Shown: one piece after another, positions 8,910 to 19,418 of the stretch
Position numbering within the stretch: position 1 is the first letter of the stretch
Layout of the letters: every line of letters starts with the position of its first letter
NCBI GenBank assembly: GCA_021806295.1
Contig: JAJZXS010000041.1
Coordinates: forward strand, 1,406 to 65,405
Direction of reading: 5' to 3'
Length of the DNA: 64,000 bases
Source: Thermoplasmata archaeon
Lineage (GTDB): Archaea; Thermoplasmatota; Thermoplasmata; Thermoplasmatales; Thermoplasmataceae
Notes under the pieces: generated by a model
The model's input: only the letters and a program-made list of their open reading frames with translations
Databases searched by the model: none
Told to the model about the DNA's origin: nothing
Translations under genes and position numbers: made by a program

Positions 8910-9578
8910 TTATAATTTTTTACCTTTTGAAATATATGCACAGATACCATGGCTATTCAACATTCTGGCAAAAGAGGTAGAAATATATATTACATCATTT
9001 TTATGCAGGTAGTAATCTCCCTCTGGCTGTGCTATTGGTGGCTGATCCTTTAAAATTCTTACAGGGATAATCTCTTCTGTGGCTTCGTTGTTCTCAATCT
9101 CCGGTTCATGTATTTCCCTGGCAGGTTCCTCTCTTTCCTCCTGCAAGGGCTCCTCCTCTTTTTCTTCCTCCACAGGTTTTGTTGCACCGATGAAATCTTT
9201 GTAATAATTTTTCATCTGTTCATTCAGTTCTCTCATTATGCCCTTCTCTTCAGGACTCATATTATAGAGGAACTCCTCTATTTCATCATATACGGAATAC
9301 TTTGCAATTTTTTCAAATCTAACCTGGAAAAATGCCTTGAAATTTTTTCTTGCATCGTCCAGTAGTTTTGTTATTTCCATATATTCTGTTATGTCTGTGG
9401 ATACGACCATTTCTTTCTCTGCGTTCAGTTCAACAAATAATGAATATATATTTTTATAGAAATTTGGCTCTATTTTATTTAGTTTTCTGGATTTCCGCTC
9501 AGAAAACAGCATGGATTTTACATCCTCCAGGAGCTTGTCGTACTTGCTAACATCAATCATTATAATTGCGAATATCAT
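8910..9578 (-). CDS. GINS-like replication factor subunit (Gins51-type), probable
   Basis: The helical N-terminal domain (KLNKIEPNFYKNIYSLF...FFQVRFEKI) is followed by an acidic linker. A small C-terminal beta domain follows (IPVRILKDQPPIAQPEGDYYLHKNDVIYISTSFARML). This is a pattern match from memory. M7 at 9560 is an alternative start. Confidence 0.5.
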   Translation of the reverse strand: MIFAIIMIDVSKYDKLLEDVKSMLFSERKSRKLNKIEPNFYKNIYSLFVELNAEKEMVVSTDITEYMEITKLLDDARKNFKAFFQVRFEKIAKYSVYDEIEEFLYNMSPEEKGIMRELNEQMKNYYKDFIGATKPVEEEKEEEPLQEEREEPAREIHEPEIENNEATEEIIPVRILKDQPPIAQPEGDYYLHKNDVIYISTSFARMLNSHGICAYISKGKKL

Positions 9579-9660
9579 AGCTATTTAAATAGTTATCATT
9601 ACCTGTGTTAGTATGTTTTGAAGATTAAAAATACTGTGTTTTCCAATATAATCCCTGCAT

Positions 9661-10491
9661 TCACAGGTTAAAAAATTCTTTTCTATAAAATCTGTAAGGA
9701 ATTTCCTCAAATATCCTGTGGAATACTTCACTGTAATTTTCGCATGAATTTTTAATCATTTCACACCTCTTAGGAACCGAATAAACCGGTATAACCTTTC
9801 CTGGTTTTTCGTTCTGGTCCGTGTAATCAGTTTCAAGCAGAAAATCTTTTCCGGATTCCAGTGCAGCCCGCACATTATTTCTGGATGCGACCAGTGATTT
9901 TAATATGTGCCCTGGATACCCCATATCAAAAGAATTTGCATGATGTTTCATGACCCTATCAATGCGGTAATGCCTTTTAATTATATTTTCAATTTTTGCA
10001 TATCCATCTGAAGACATATCCTCTGTATGTAGTATCAATGGGATGTCGTAGTCATTGCAAACGTCCAGTGCATATTCAAGAATTTTACCTGAATCACTAT
10101 ATACATCCCAGTCCACAGGGAAATGTGGGAAACCAATTTCTCCCATGGCATCTGCCATGCCACCCCTGATCAATGCCGCCGCCATATCAATCCCTGCCTT
10201 CATAGAAGCCACAGGATCCTCTCCTGCAGAACGGAAGAAAAAATAATCCAGGGGATACGGTCCAAGCGTAATAACTGTGTTAATACCAGTATGTGAAACC
10301 TCGCCGGCCACAGAAATGGTTTCTTGATAAATTTCCTCATAATGTCTTTTCGGGGAATATACATACTCAGGGAAATTTACTATGTTCATTGATGTTCCGC
10401 CATATCTTCTGAATTCTTTCACAGCATCAAGAAAATATCCGTTTCTTCTCAAATGGAGAAAATTGTCAAATACTGATCTGAATATGGCCAT
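9661..10491 (-). CDS. TatD-family metal-dependent hydrolase
   Basis: 276 aa with TatD-like motifs MGEIGFP, PLILHTED, KHHAN and LLETDY. Confidence 0.65.
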   Translation of the reverse strand: MAIFRSVFDNFLHLRRNGYFLDAVKEFRRYGGTSMNIVNFPEYVYSPKRHYEEIYQETISVAGEVSHTGINTVITLGPYPLDYFFFRSAGEDPVASMKAGIDMAAALIRGGMADAMGEIGFPHFPVDWDVYSDSGKILEYALDVCNDYDIPLILHTEDMSSDGYAKIENIIKRHYRIDRVMKHHANSFDMGYPGHILKSLVASRNNVRAALESGKDFLLETDYTDQNEKPGKVIPVYSVPKRCEMIKNSCENYSEVFHRIFEEIPYRFYRKEFFNL

Positions 10492-10650
10492 ATGTGATAA
10501 TAAAGTGAGTATTATATTTATTACGCTTTTGATTAATTACCAGCCCTGTATTTAATGTTTTTTTCTTTAAACCTTTAAGGGAAAATTTTATAATGAAATG
10601 TACATATGCATTTAAAGAAAAGATTATAATCTTATGTTATAATTAAGGAA

Positions 10651-10657
10651 GAGGTGA
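10651..10657 (+). promoter_or_regulatory. Shine-Dalgarno-like site for psmA
   Basis: GAGGTGA lies 4 nt upstream of the ATG at 10662 and is complementary to the conserved 16S rRNA 3' tail. Confidence 0.5.
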
Positions 10658-10661
10658 ATAA

Positions 10662-11366
10662 ATGCAACAGGGTCAAATGGCTTATGATAGAGCAATAACA
10701 GTATTTTCCCCGGATGGGAGATTATTTCAGGTTGAGTATGCAAGAGAAGCAGTCAAGAAAGGGTCTACAGCCTTAGGTATAAAATTCAAGGATGGTGTAT
10801 TGCTTTTATCAGAAAAGAAAGTGAGAAGCAGGCTTGTTGAAAAAAATTCAATGGAAAAAATCCAGCTTGTTGATGATAACGTAGCCACAGTAACATCAGG
10901 CCTGGTGGCCGATGCCAGGGTGCTTATAGATTTTGCAAGAGTGGGTGCCCAGCAGGAAAAGGTAACCTATGGATCACTTACAAATATTGAAAACCTGGTA
11001 AAGAAGGTTGCAGATCAGATGCAGCAGTATACACAGTTCGGCGGTGTAAGGCCTTACGGTGTTTCAATTATATTCGCTGGAACAGATACAATAGGTCCAA
11101 GACTATTTGACTGTGATCCAGCAGGCACAATAAACGAATACAAGTCTGTTGCCATTGGTGCAGGAAAGGATGCTGTAACTGATTATATAGAAAAGGAATA
11201 CAGGGACGATATGGCCCTGGAAGATGCAGTTAAACTTGGCATCGCAGCACTTAAATCGGCAGTGGCTGATTCTGAATCTATGAAGGAGCCTGAAATCGCC
11301 TCCATAAAAGTTGGCGAAACATTCCATATATACACAATTGAGGAAGTCCAGAAATACCTCAGTTGA
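10662..11366 (+). CDS. psmA: Proteasome subunit alpha
   Basis: [34 protein letters not shown] is the canonical alpha-subunit N-terminus. Confidence 0.95.
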   Translation: MQQGQMAYDRAITVFSPDGRLFQVEYAREAVKKGSTALGIKFKDGVLLLSEKKVRSRLVEKNSMEKIQLVDDNVATVTSGLVADARVLIDFARVGAQQEKVTYGSLTNIENLVKKVADQMQQYTQFGGVRPYGVSIIFAGTDTIGPRLFDCDPAGTINEYKSVAIGAGKDAVTDYIEKEYRDDMALEDAVKLGIAALKSAVADSESMKEPEIASIKVGETFHIYTIEEVQKYLS

Positions 11367-11466
11367 ATACTATTTTAATTTATAATTTTATTTTTACGGA
11401 TTTAAGGTCTGTTCATATTTTAAAATAAACAGTTTTATACTTCATTATTATAACATATAGGTTTAA

Positions 11467-12747
11467 ATGATTTCTGTCATTCTTGGTTTGCAGTTTGGTG
11501 ATGAGGGAAAGGGAAAAATTACAGATTTTATAAGCAGGGACTATGACGACGTGGTCCGTTTTAATGGTGGCAGCAATGCCGGCCATACCGTTGTGATAAA
11601 CGGAGAAAAATTCAAATTTCATCTGGTGCCATCTGGGGCAATGCAGAGCAAAATGGTCATACTGGGAAATGGCATGGTCATAGACCCAGAAGAACTTGTA
11701 TCTGAGATAGACCTGTTAAAAAAATCTAAAAAAGATATAGAGATTAAAATAAGTGCAGGGGCACACATAGTAACAAAAATGCATAAGTGCCTGGATAAAA
11801 GGGAAGAAGCAGTAAGGTCAAAACTCAATATAGGCACAACCTCACAGGGGATCGGGCCAACATATGAGGATAAGTACGCCAGGACAGGGATAAGACTCAT
11901 AGACCTGTCAAATAAGGAAATAATATCAAATAAAATTGAAACCATATTCAATATGAAAAGAGAGCTTTTGAAGGGAAGTATTTACGAAAGCCCGGAAGAA
12001 AGGAAAAAAATGGTGGAGGACCTATTTTCATATGGCAATTTAATTCTCAAATACATGGATTACACTGAAAACATAATATACAATGATTACAGATGTGGCA
12101 AAAATATCCTCTTTGAGGGTGCACAGGGCGGCATGCTCGACATCGATTTCGGTATATATCCATTTGTTACATCATCCAACACCCTGGCAGGTGCAATGTC
12201 AACCGGGTCTGGATTTTCTTTCAGAAAGGTAGATCGGGTAATAGGTGTATTCAAGGCTTACACATCCAAGGTAGGATCAGGTCCATTTCCATCGGAAATA
12301 ATCAACGACAGCACCCTGAGAGACCTTGGGAGTGAGTACGGTACAACAACAGGAAGGCCAAGAAGGGTAGGATGGCTGGACCTGCCCCTACTGAAATACA
12401 CCACAATGGTAAATGATGTTGATTCCCTTGCAATAACCAAGGTTGATGTTCTGGGGCAGCTGAAGACCATAAAGGTTGTAACAAAGTATACAATTGATGG
12501 AAATGAAATAGATTATTTTCCCAGGCGCCTTGAAGATTTCGAGAAGCTCAGGGTTGAGTACAGGGAATTCCCGGGGTGGGGAAGCATAAAAAATCAGGAT
12601 TCAATACTGTCTGGCGGATATGAGGAACTGCCGGAAAATATGAGAAAATTCCTGGAATTCATCGAGGAAGAAATAGGAAAAAGCATTGATATCGTATCTC
12701 TGGGAGAAGACCGTAAAATGACCATTACAAAACAAATATTTAATTAA
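11467..12747 (+). CDS. purA: Adenylosuccinate synthetase
   Basis: GLQFGDEGKGKITD P-loop, GGSNAGHTV, and TTTGRPRRVGWLD. Confidence 0.95.
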   Translation: MISVILGLQFGDEGKGKITDFISRDYDDVVRFNGGSNAGHTVVINGEKFKFHLVPSGAMQSKMVILGNGMVIDPEELVSEIDLLKKSKKDIEIKISAGAHIVTKMHKCLDKREEAVRSKLNIGTTSQGIGPTYEDKYARTGIRLIDLSNKEIISNKIETIFNMKRELLKGSIYESPEERKKMVEDLFSYGNLILKYMDYTENIIYNDYRCGKNILFEGAQGGMLDIDFGIYPFVTSSNTLAGAMSTGSGFSFRKVDRVIGVFKAYTSKVGSGPFPSEIINDSTLRDLGSEYGTTTGRPRRVGWLDLPLLKYTTMVNDVDSLAITKVDVLGQLKTIKVVTKYTIDGNEIDYFPRRLEDFEKLRVEYREFPGWGSIKNQDSILSGGYEELPENMRKFLEFIEEEIGKSIDIVSLGEDRKMTITKQIFN

Positions 12748-12804
12748 TATAATGCAATTATGGCATACAGTTTGAAGGGCATGTTTTTGCTGCTCTTTTC
12801 ACAT

Positions 12805-12879
12805 GCTCCGATGGTGTAGTCAGGCCAAGCATTCCGGCCTTTCGAGCCGATGACTCGGGTTCAAATCCCGGTCGGAGCA
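12805..12879 (+). tRNA. tRNA-Glu (anticodon UUC)
   Basis: Hand-folded. Acceptor GCTCCGA/TCGGAGC, T arm TCGGG-TTCAAAT-CCCGG, anticodon loop CTTTCGA. A T-rich tract follows. Confidence 0.85.
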
Positions 12880-13016
12880 CATTCTGATCTTTTTGCCTTT
12901 TATTTGCTGTTTGTTCCTGCAATTTAAAGTAAATTACATTCATAATAGCATGTTCTGAATAAATTTAAATATAAAAGTATACTTCACTTTTATCAAGTTT
13001 ACTTAAGTGAATATAA

Positions 13017-14402
13017 ATGCTGTTTAAACTTAATCGAAGCTCCGGCACACTGAAAAGCAATGTGCACAAATTTGCAGACCTATCCGCACTGTCCACATCC
13101 AGTGTTGCTCCGGCCTTCAGCATTGCCGCCTCCTACGGTGTAATAGCGTTTTATCTAGGCTTTTATTCCCTCATGGCAATCATTCTGACATTTCCGGTGT
13201 GGCTCGGAGCCGCCATTATATTCAGAAAATTTAACAGGCTGTATCCCAATGCCGGCGCTTCATATCACTGGGGCAGCAGGATAGTTTCCAGGAGATATGG
13301 CACAATGCAGGCCTGGATAATTACTCTTGCATATTTTTTCTCTATTCCACCTATTGTCATACCTGCAGGGGAATACACTGCAGCCCTTCTTTATAATACA
13401 GGAATTATAAATTATTCAGCATACAGCAGCCCGGCAGTTATTTTTATAATAGGCAGCATGTGGATAGGTATTACTCTCCTTGCGTCCATCCTGGGTGCAA
13501 GGCCAACAGCACGTCTAACCGAAATATTCCTTATTATTGAACTTTCTATAATCGCTCTATTCATAGTAATAGCCGTTTATTTCCTTCCGGGGCATATTGT
13601 AAATAATATATCCTATAGCTGGTTTTTTGGGTTTAATAAACTTTTTAATGACCCCTACAGATTTATGATAGCATTTCCAGTAATTGCAACAATTATGGAC
13701 GGCTGGGAAATTGACTCATACGCATCAGAGGAATCCTTTAACAGGGAGAAATGGCCGGGCACTACAGGCATTATAGGCCTTATTGTAGTATTCTGTATCT
13801 ATCTTGTAACCATGACATTAATGGATATCGAAACACCCATGAGCATGCTCTCTGCAAGTCTGGACCCGCTGGCAACATGGTCAGGGTATATAATACCGCA
13901 TTATTCCTTTATAATGGATATAGCGGTAATAGCATCCACTGCGAGTTCATTATGGCTCACAACGTATATCCTAAGCAGGGCCTGGTATGCAATGTCCAGG
14001 GAAAGATTGCTTCCACGCCAGTTCGGGTATCTCAATAAAACAAGGAGGAGCCCATATGCAAATCTCATCATGATTGGAGTAGCTGCTGAATCTATAAATG
14101 CTGTTATGCTCTTTATGCCGTCCATAGAAAGCTTCTTCGCAGAGCTGCTCTCCATATCCGGCATATTCTTGATGATGGAGTTTGGTGTGGATGCATTTAC
14201 CGGAATATACCTGTATGCACACAAATCTGAAATACATATGAAATTATTTTACCTGGCATTATCAATATTTTCCTTTGCTGGATTTAGTTTAATGATCCTG
14301 TTTGGTCTGATAACAAATACTATGTTCCTTTTATTGACAGTAATATTAATAATTCCTGGAATTATGCTGTTGTATCGAAACAAAAAATATATTGAAAGTT
14401 AG
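13017..14402 (+). CDS. APC-superfamily amino acid/polyamine permease
   Basis: 461 aa, about 12 TM, with a typical APC-type hydrophobic pattern. Confidence 0.7.
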   Translation: MLFKLNRSSGTLKSNVHKFADLSALSTSSVAPAFSIAASYGVIAFYLGFYSLMAIILTFPVWLGAAIIFRKFNRLYPNAGASYHWGSRIVSRRYGTMQAWIITLAYFFSIPPIVIPAGEYTAALLYNTGIINYSAYSSPAVIFIIGSMWIGITLLASILGARPTARLTEIFLIIELSIIALFIVIAVYFLPGHIVNNISYSWFFGFNKLFNDPYRFMIAFPVIATIMDGWEIDSYASEESFNREKWPGTTGIIGLIVVFCIYLVTMTLMDIETPMSMLSASLDPLATWSGYIIPHYSFIMDIAVIASTASSLWLTTYILSRAWYAMSRERLLPRQFGYLNKTRRSPYANLIMIGVAAESINAVMLFMPSIESFFAELLSISGIFLMMEFGVDAFTGIYLYAHKSEIHMKLFYLALSIFSFAGFSLMILFGLITNTMFLLLTVILIIPGIMLLYRNKKYIES

Positions 14403-14415
14403 GCTTAAAAAATTT

Positions 14416-15315
14416 TTATTTGGTTTTATCCTTCTGGGTATTGTCCTCCTGTTTAACGGTGGATGGCTTTGAGGGTTTCTTTATGTAGTAATAATATAGA
14501 ACTCCTGCCAGTATAACCGCGGCAATAGCTATTCCCACATACGCCCCGGCATAGTCTGTGTGTATTGGAACGGCGTTTGTGTCTGCAATGGTTCCTGTGT
14601 ATGTAGAGGATGTTGCAGTATATGTTTCATTTGCTGAATTAGTTCCGCTGGTCACTGAAAAAGAATAATCGTTGATATTGTATGCAAGTATAAGGTCTGT
14701 TGAAGGATTTGCGTATATGCTTCCTGTAACATTGTAATATGATGCCGCAGTTTTAGACGTTGCCTTTGTGGTGATTATATGTTCATCTATTAAGAACTCC
14801 ACCGCCTTTACTGTACCGAATTGAGATTTATAATATGGTATACCTACTGCTTTTGTGTAATTTATAGTATATGGCGCGGGAGTAAAAGAGTAAACCCCTC
14901 TTTCCCCATTCAAGGACATGGTAACATTTTTGGATGTATTGCCTATATATACAGGAACAGCGTATTTTGCACTATTTATAGGCATATTTGTGAAGGCTGT
15001 TGTTCCTGCACTTGTCGGCAATGTTATATTAACAGCTGTACTGTTGGAAGTACTTACGGTAACGTTGTAATAAGAGGTGGTCGGCGTAGTTGTAACATTA
15101 TTTGTTGTTGTTTCTGTCATGCCATTAACTATTGAATATGACTGGCAGTAAGTGTAACCGGAGGTAGTGAACACATAATTCATGGAGGACCCTGTAGCGA
15201 GATATGAAGGTGTTGAAGGGGTTGCAGCTGCTGAAACAGGAATTCCTATCATGATGGCTGCCACAAAAATAGCTGTTAAAATCAAAATACTTTTTTTATT
15301 AATCATTATCACCAA
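14416..15315 (-). CDS. Secreted, C-terminally membrane-anchored Thr/Ser-rich protein (surface glycoprotein candidate)
   Basis: N-terminal signal peptide (KKSILILTAIFVAAIMIGIPVSAAA). Nine N-x-S/T sequons by my count. C-terminal TM (VGIAIAAVILAGVLYYYYI) followed by a Lys-rich tail. Confidence 0.6.
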   Translation of the reverse strand: MVIMINKKSILILTAIFVAAIMIGIPVSAAATPSTPSYLATGSSMNYVFTTSGYTYCQSYSIVNGMTETTTNNVTTTPTTSYYNVTVSTSNSTAVNITLPTSAGTTAFTNMPINSAKYAVPVYIGNTSKNVTMSLNGERGVYSFTPAPYTINYTKAVGIPYYKSQFGTVKAVEFLIDEHIITTKATSKTAASYYNVTGSIYANPSTDLILAYNINDYSFSVTSGTNSANETYTATSSTYTGTIADTNAVPIHTDYAGAYVGIAIAAVILAGVLYYYYIKKPSKPSTVKQEDNTQKDKTK

Positions 15316-15510
15316 AAGTTTAACCCTGCTTTATACTTATACTTTTTCTTTGATTGGTATTTATATAAGTATAATTATTCAAATTAATAGGTTTTTATGC
15401 ATATGCCTGCATGGACACATGTTTATCATAATCATCGTACCATTAAAGCCAATGATAGACTACAATTATAAGGAAATAACACCTTACAGGAGTTTTATTA
15501 TAAATTTAAG

Positions 15511-15583
15511 TGGGCCTGGCCGGATTTGAACCGGCGATTTCTTCCGTGTGAGGGAAGCGTCATAACCACTGGACCACAAGCCC
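15511..15583 (-). tRNA. tRNA-Val (anticodon CAC)
   Basis: The reverse complement folds with acceptor GGGCTTG/CAGGCCC, anticodon stem CTTCC/GGAAG with loop CTCACAC, and T arm GCCGG-TTCAAAT-CCGGC. Confidence 0.85.
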
Positions 15584-15617
15584 TTTGCATCTATATGATA
15601 TTTTAGTTATTAATTTT

Positions 15618-16697
15618 TTAGGGTTTAATGGGAAGTGGCGTAAAGGTCAGAACAAACATGACAAGTGCAAATACTGCTATTCCCACATCAAACTTTGATA
15701 TCTTTTCATAGTCATTCAATGCAGGTGGATGTACCATTCCCATGAATATCACAAACAGGGCAAGGAAAAACCATCCTATATAATGGAATGCAATGGTAAG
15801 GTATAGCAAAAATCCTATGAATATATAACCTATAATGTATGATTTTGGTCCCAGTATTCCCCTTGCAATATGGCCACCATCCAGCTGCCCTGCCGGTATG
15901 AGGTTCATTGCGGTAGCGAACATTCCGACCCACACAGCAAATACCATGGGAAATACAGGAACATTAGATGGCTCTACAATGCCAAAAATATGGTATATTT
16001 CAGGATAGTTAAGTACAAATGGTATGTAATTCCCTATAGGTTTGAATATATGCTCGAAATACTGTGCGAGAAACATTAGCGGAACTGCCGCAACAAATCC
16101 CGCTATAGGGCCCGCTGCTCCTATTTCTGCCATGGCCCTTCTGGTGGGAACCGGATCACGCAACGAGACAAATGCACCGAATGTACCTATAAGATAAGGA
16201 AAAGGTATGAAGAATGGAAGCGACGCATTTACACTGTATTTTCTAGCAACTACATAATGTGCAGTCTCATGTATTCCCAGTATGAACATAAGTGGCAGGG
16301 AAAAAAATATAAATCCGTAAAGCAGCTTGTACACCTCTGCAAATGGGCCAGGATGTACAAAGCTGCTTGCATATATCGAACCGACGTATATTGTTGATGC
16401 CAGGGTAAGTATCAGCATTACAAGATTTACCCTGCTGCTTCTGTATGATGATTTTGGCCGTATACCTACCTCTACATAATGTTCTGTATCCAGAACAAGG
16501 AACGGGATATAACCCTCAGGGACAAGGATTTTCCTTAGTTCATCAAACTGTTGATTTATATCCGGGTTGTCACTGTCAAAAAACAAGAATTTCATGCTTG
16601 CAGGATTGGCTATAACTTCATATGTGTTTATTTTGGATTTCACGGTTTCAATAACATTCTTCATATTCTCGTTTTCAATCTTTACACTCTGAAGCAT
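15618..16697 (-). CDS. Site-2 protease family (M50) membrane metalloprotease
   Basis: HETAHYVVARKY (HExxH in a TM) and NLIPAGQLDGGH (second metal-ligand motif). Polytopic. Confidence 0.85.
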   Translation of the reverse strand: MLQSVKIENENMKNVIETVKSKINTYEVIANPASMKFLFFDSDNPDINQQFDELRKILVPEGYIPFLVLDTEHYVEVGIRPKSSYRSSRVNLVMLILTLASTIYVGSIYASSFVHPGPFAEVYKLLYGFIFFSLPLMFILGIHETAHYVVARKYSVNASLPFFIPFPYLIGTFGAFVSLRDPVPTRRAMAEIGAAGPIAGFVAAVPLMFLAQYFEHIFKPIGNYIPFVLNYPEIYHIFGIVEPSNVPVFPMVFAVWVGMFATAMNLIPAGQLDGGHIARGILGPKSYIIGYIFIGFLLYLTIAFHYIGWFFLALFVIFMGMVHPPALNDYEKISKFDVGIAVFALVMFVLTFTPLPIKP

Positions 16698-16861
16698 AAC
16701 AACACCTATATTCCCTTTAATCTAAATACTGGTACCAATAACTCATAATGTAGCACTGCTTTTAAACTTTTATGGTGCATCATAAATTTACGGGTTAGTA
16801 TCTCTATGGCATTCCTGTTTTATGGAAAGATTTATTTTTGAATGAATTATATTGATTTCAA

Positions 16862-17905
16862 ATGGATACCTTCTCAGAGTTTATGAACTATCTTGATAAA
16901 AATAAGGATTCTATACGCAGGGACCTTAAACTGGATGAAACATCTGAAATGTATAAATTTTACAGAAGTTTATTCGAATCCAACTACCATAAATTCGAAC
17001 CTAGTGACCCCGGGAAAATTGACGTTGCGGCAACTGATAGCTCCGAGTTCCTCAGGATGCTGTACAACGGGAAAAATATCATATTAATCAGGGCATATAC
17101 TCTTTACCAGAATAAAACAACATCTGACTTCGTTGCGGATATAGTTGCGGTTGACCCTGTGGACCAGAGGAATTTTACCATACTCCTGATGGAACATTCG
17201 GAACATAAATCCATACTGAAGTTCATGGAAGAAAACTCACCTGAGTATATATTCATTGACGGGTCTCTGAAAGGCAGACTCTCTCACAGAATAGACCAGC
17301 TGCCCATTGAGGGCTATGAAAATTTCATGTATGAATACGTAAAAACCCTTAAAGAAGTCATCAAAAGAGCACTTGATAAAAATATTACACTTATATTCAT
17401 GGCAAAAAGCAGCTATACTGACTGCTTCAAGAAATACCTTCTGGGAACCGCAAGAAAGGACCCGGAAACATTAAAGATCATAGAAAAGGAATCGGGAATA
17501 TACAGAAATGATCATTATCTAATAAAGTCGTTTGCCAGGGAAAAAGGATATACACAGCCTGTTATGTACCGCAAGAACATAGAGGGCACGGATATAAGTT
17601 ACGTATCCCTTGATGTACTGCCGGACCCGGAAGACCTACCATTAAAAGTCCAGATCATATCAAGGGATTTCCTAAGGGAAGTTCTTGATGCGAGGGCGTA
17701 TAATATGGATGAAAAGATAATAAATTTGATATTTTATGGATATACTGGCTACAAGGTTTATAATCTGTGGCTCGTTGATGTGGATAAGAAGGTAAAATTC
17801 AGATCGGTTGAAATGGAGCGCATATATATGCGGGCATTGGAACGAAAACTGGGGATAACGTTCTATGAAACCAGGGGTGAAAGACGTGCAAGGATCAGGG
17901 CTTAA
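16862..17905 (+). CDS. nurA: NurA 5'-3' nuclease
   Basis: VAATDSSEF and IFIDGSL motifs. It lies directly upstream of and overlapping herA. Confidence 0.8.
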   Translation: MDTFSEFMNYLDKNKDSIRRDLKLDETSEMYKFYRSLFESNYHKFEPSDPGKIDVAATDSSEFLRMLYNGKNIILIRAYTLYQNKTTSDFVADIVAVDPVDQRNFTILLMEHSEHKSILKFMEENSPEYIFIDGSLKGRLSHRIDQLPIEGYENFMYEYVKTLKEVIKRALDKNITLIFMAKSSYTDCFKKYLLGTARKDPETLKIIEKESGIYRNDHYLIKSFAREKGYTQPVMYRKNIEGTDISYVSLDVLPDPEDLPLKVQIISRDFLREVLDARAYNMDEKIINLIFYGYTGYKVYNLWLVDVDKKVKFRSVEMERIYMRALERKLGITFYETRGERRARIRA

Positions 17906-19418
17906 AATAGGTTATACAATAGGTGAAAATACATCTGGAAAATTCCAGTTTGTCATATCGGATGAAAGCGATATAAAGAAATGGGAATATGTTTATCTCA
18001 TGATCAAGGGCGAAATCGTAATAGGCAGAATCGAGGAGGTCGTATCCAAGAGTGAGCTGATGAATGAAAATATGGACTACCAGAGCATTGACAGGTATTC
18101 AAGCAACGGGCTCAATGATTTTGTGAACATATGCATTTCTACCACTCTTGGAAAGATTAAAGATGGATTCCTTATGCAATCCAGGGAAATAGTCAGGCCC
18201 GGAATGCCTGTTTACCCTGCAGGTGATGATATACTACAGCAAATATTTTCCTTTGATCCTGAGGAGGCCCTTGACATCGGCAGCCTCCCGGACAATAACG
18301 TAAAGGTATCCCTGAATGTCAACGGGCTCAGAAGGCATCTTGCCATACTGGCACAGACCGGCGCTGGCAAGAGCCATACAGCTTCAGTAATTATGGAGGA
18401 GCTACTGAAAAAGGGCGCATCAATAATAGTCCTTGACCCCCATGCTGATTACGTGTTCATGAAAAAGGGCGTTAACGGGAAAGTATACTCTGATGGTATA
18501 AGCGTTTTCAGGACACCGCTGAGTACAGGCCGTTACACAAATGATGATGTGGGCATTGTAAATAATTTTACAATAAGGTTCAGTGACCTGGCACCGGATG
18601 ATGTAAAGGGAATAATGGATATAAAGGAAGGGTATACAAATTTAAATTCAATAGTGGATGACATATATAAGAAAATGAAAGGAAGAAAGGACCTTGCCGA
18701 CTTCCTGCAGACTGCAGAGTCGCTTCCACAGGAGGACTACAGGAAAATACGTGGCAGGCTGTCATTTCTGGGTAAAATAAAGGATATATTCCAGGATTAT
18801 ACAACCGGCATAACGGATTATCTTGGCCCGGGGAAAATGTCTGTGATGGATTTGTCAGGAATGGACCAGTTTCTTGCAAATTACTTTTCATACAGGGTCT
18901 TGAGTTCAATTTACGATGTAAAGCTTTCATCTGAATTCAAATATCCAGTATTCGTATTCATAGAAGAGGCCCATAATTTTGTGCCCCCAAGGAATAACAG
19001 CAATATCGCCAGGATGATAAAAAAGATTGCCGGTGAGGGAAGGAAATTCGGCATATTTCTTGTGGTCATTACCCAGCGGCCTGGAAAGATAGACGCAGAT
19101 GTACTCAGCCAGTGCAATTCTCAGATTATTCTCCGTGTTACCAATCCATCAGACCAGAATGCCATACTTGAGAGCAGTGAGAATATAACAGGATATCTTA
19201 TGGCTGACCTTCCTTCACTGGATACAGGAGAAGCCATAATAGTGGGTGAAATAGTTAAGATGCCAGCAATAGTAAAAATAAGGGACAGGGAAACAAGGGC
19301 AGGTGGTTCAGATATTGATGTGATTGGGCTTCTAAGGGAGGCCAGGGAGGAGGTAAGGAAGAGAAATGACCCCTCAGAAGTCCGGAAGAAAACCAGGGAT
19401 TTGCTGGGTGAATTCTGA
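17865..19418 (+). CDS. herA: HerA hexameric DNA helicase/translocase
   Basis: Walker A LAQTGAGKSHT, Walker B VFVFIEEAH, and a HAS-barrel-like N-terminus. The start is uncertain; in-frame GTGs at 17877/17886 are alternatives. Confidence 0.9.
   Translation: MKPGVKDVQGSGLKIGYTIGENTSGKFQFVISDESDIKKWEYVYLMIKGEIVIGRIEEVVSKSELMNENMDYQSIDRYSSNGLNDFVNICISTTLGKIKDGFLMQSREIVRPGMPVYPAGDDILQQIFSFDPEEALDIGSLPDNNVKVSLNVNGLRRHLAILAQTGAGKSHTASVIMEELLKKGASIIVLDPHADYVFMKKGVNGKVYSDGISVFRTPLSTGRYTNDDVGIVNNFTIRFSDLAPDDVKGIMDIKEGYTNLNSIVDDIYKKMKGRKDLADFLQTAESLPQEDYRKIRGRLSFLGKIKDIFQDYTTGITDYLGPGKMSVMDLSGMDQFLANYFSYRVLSSIYDVKLSSEFKYPVFVFIEEAHNFVPPRNNSNIARMIKKIAGEGRKFGIFLVVITQRPGKIDADVLSQCNSQIILRVTNPSDQNAILESSENITGYLMADLPSLDTGEAIIVGEIVKMPAIVKIRDRETRAGGSDIDVIGLLREAREEVRKRNDPSEVRKKTRDLLGEF

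Noticed and set aside
12758-12943. 61-aa minus-strand ORF
   Set aside because: It overlaps tRNA-Glu completely and is spurious.
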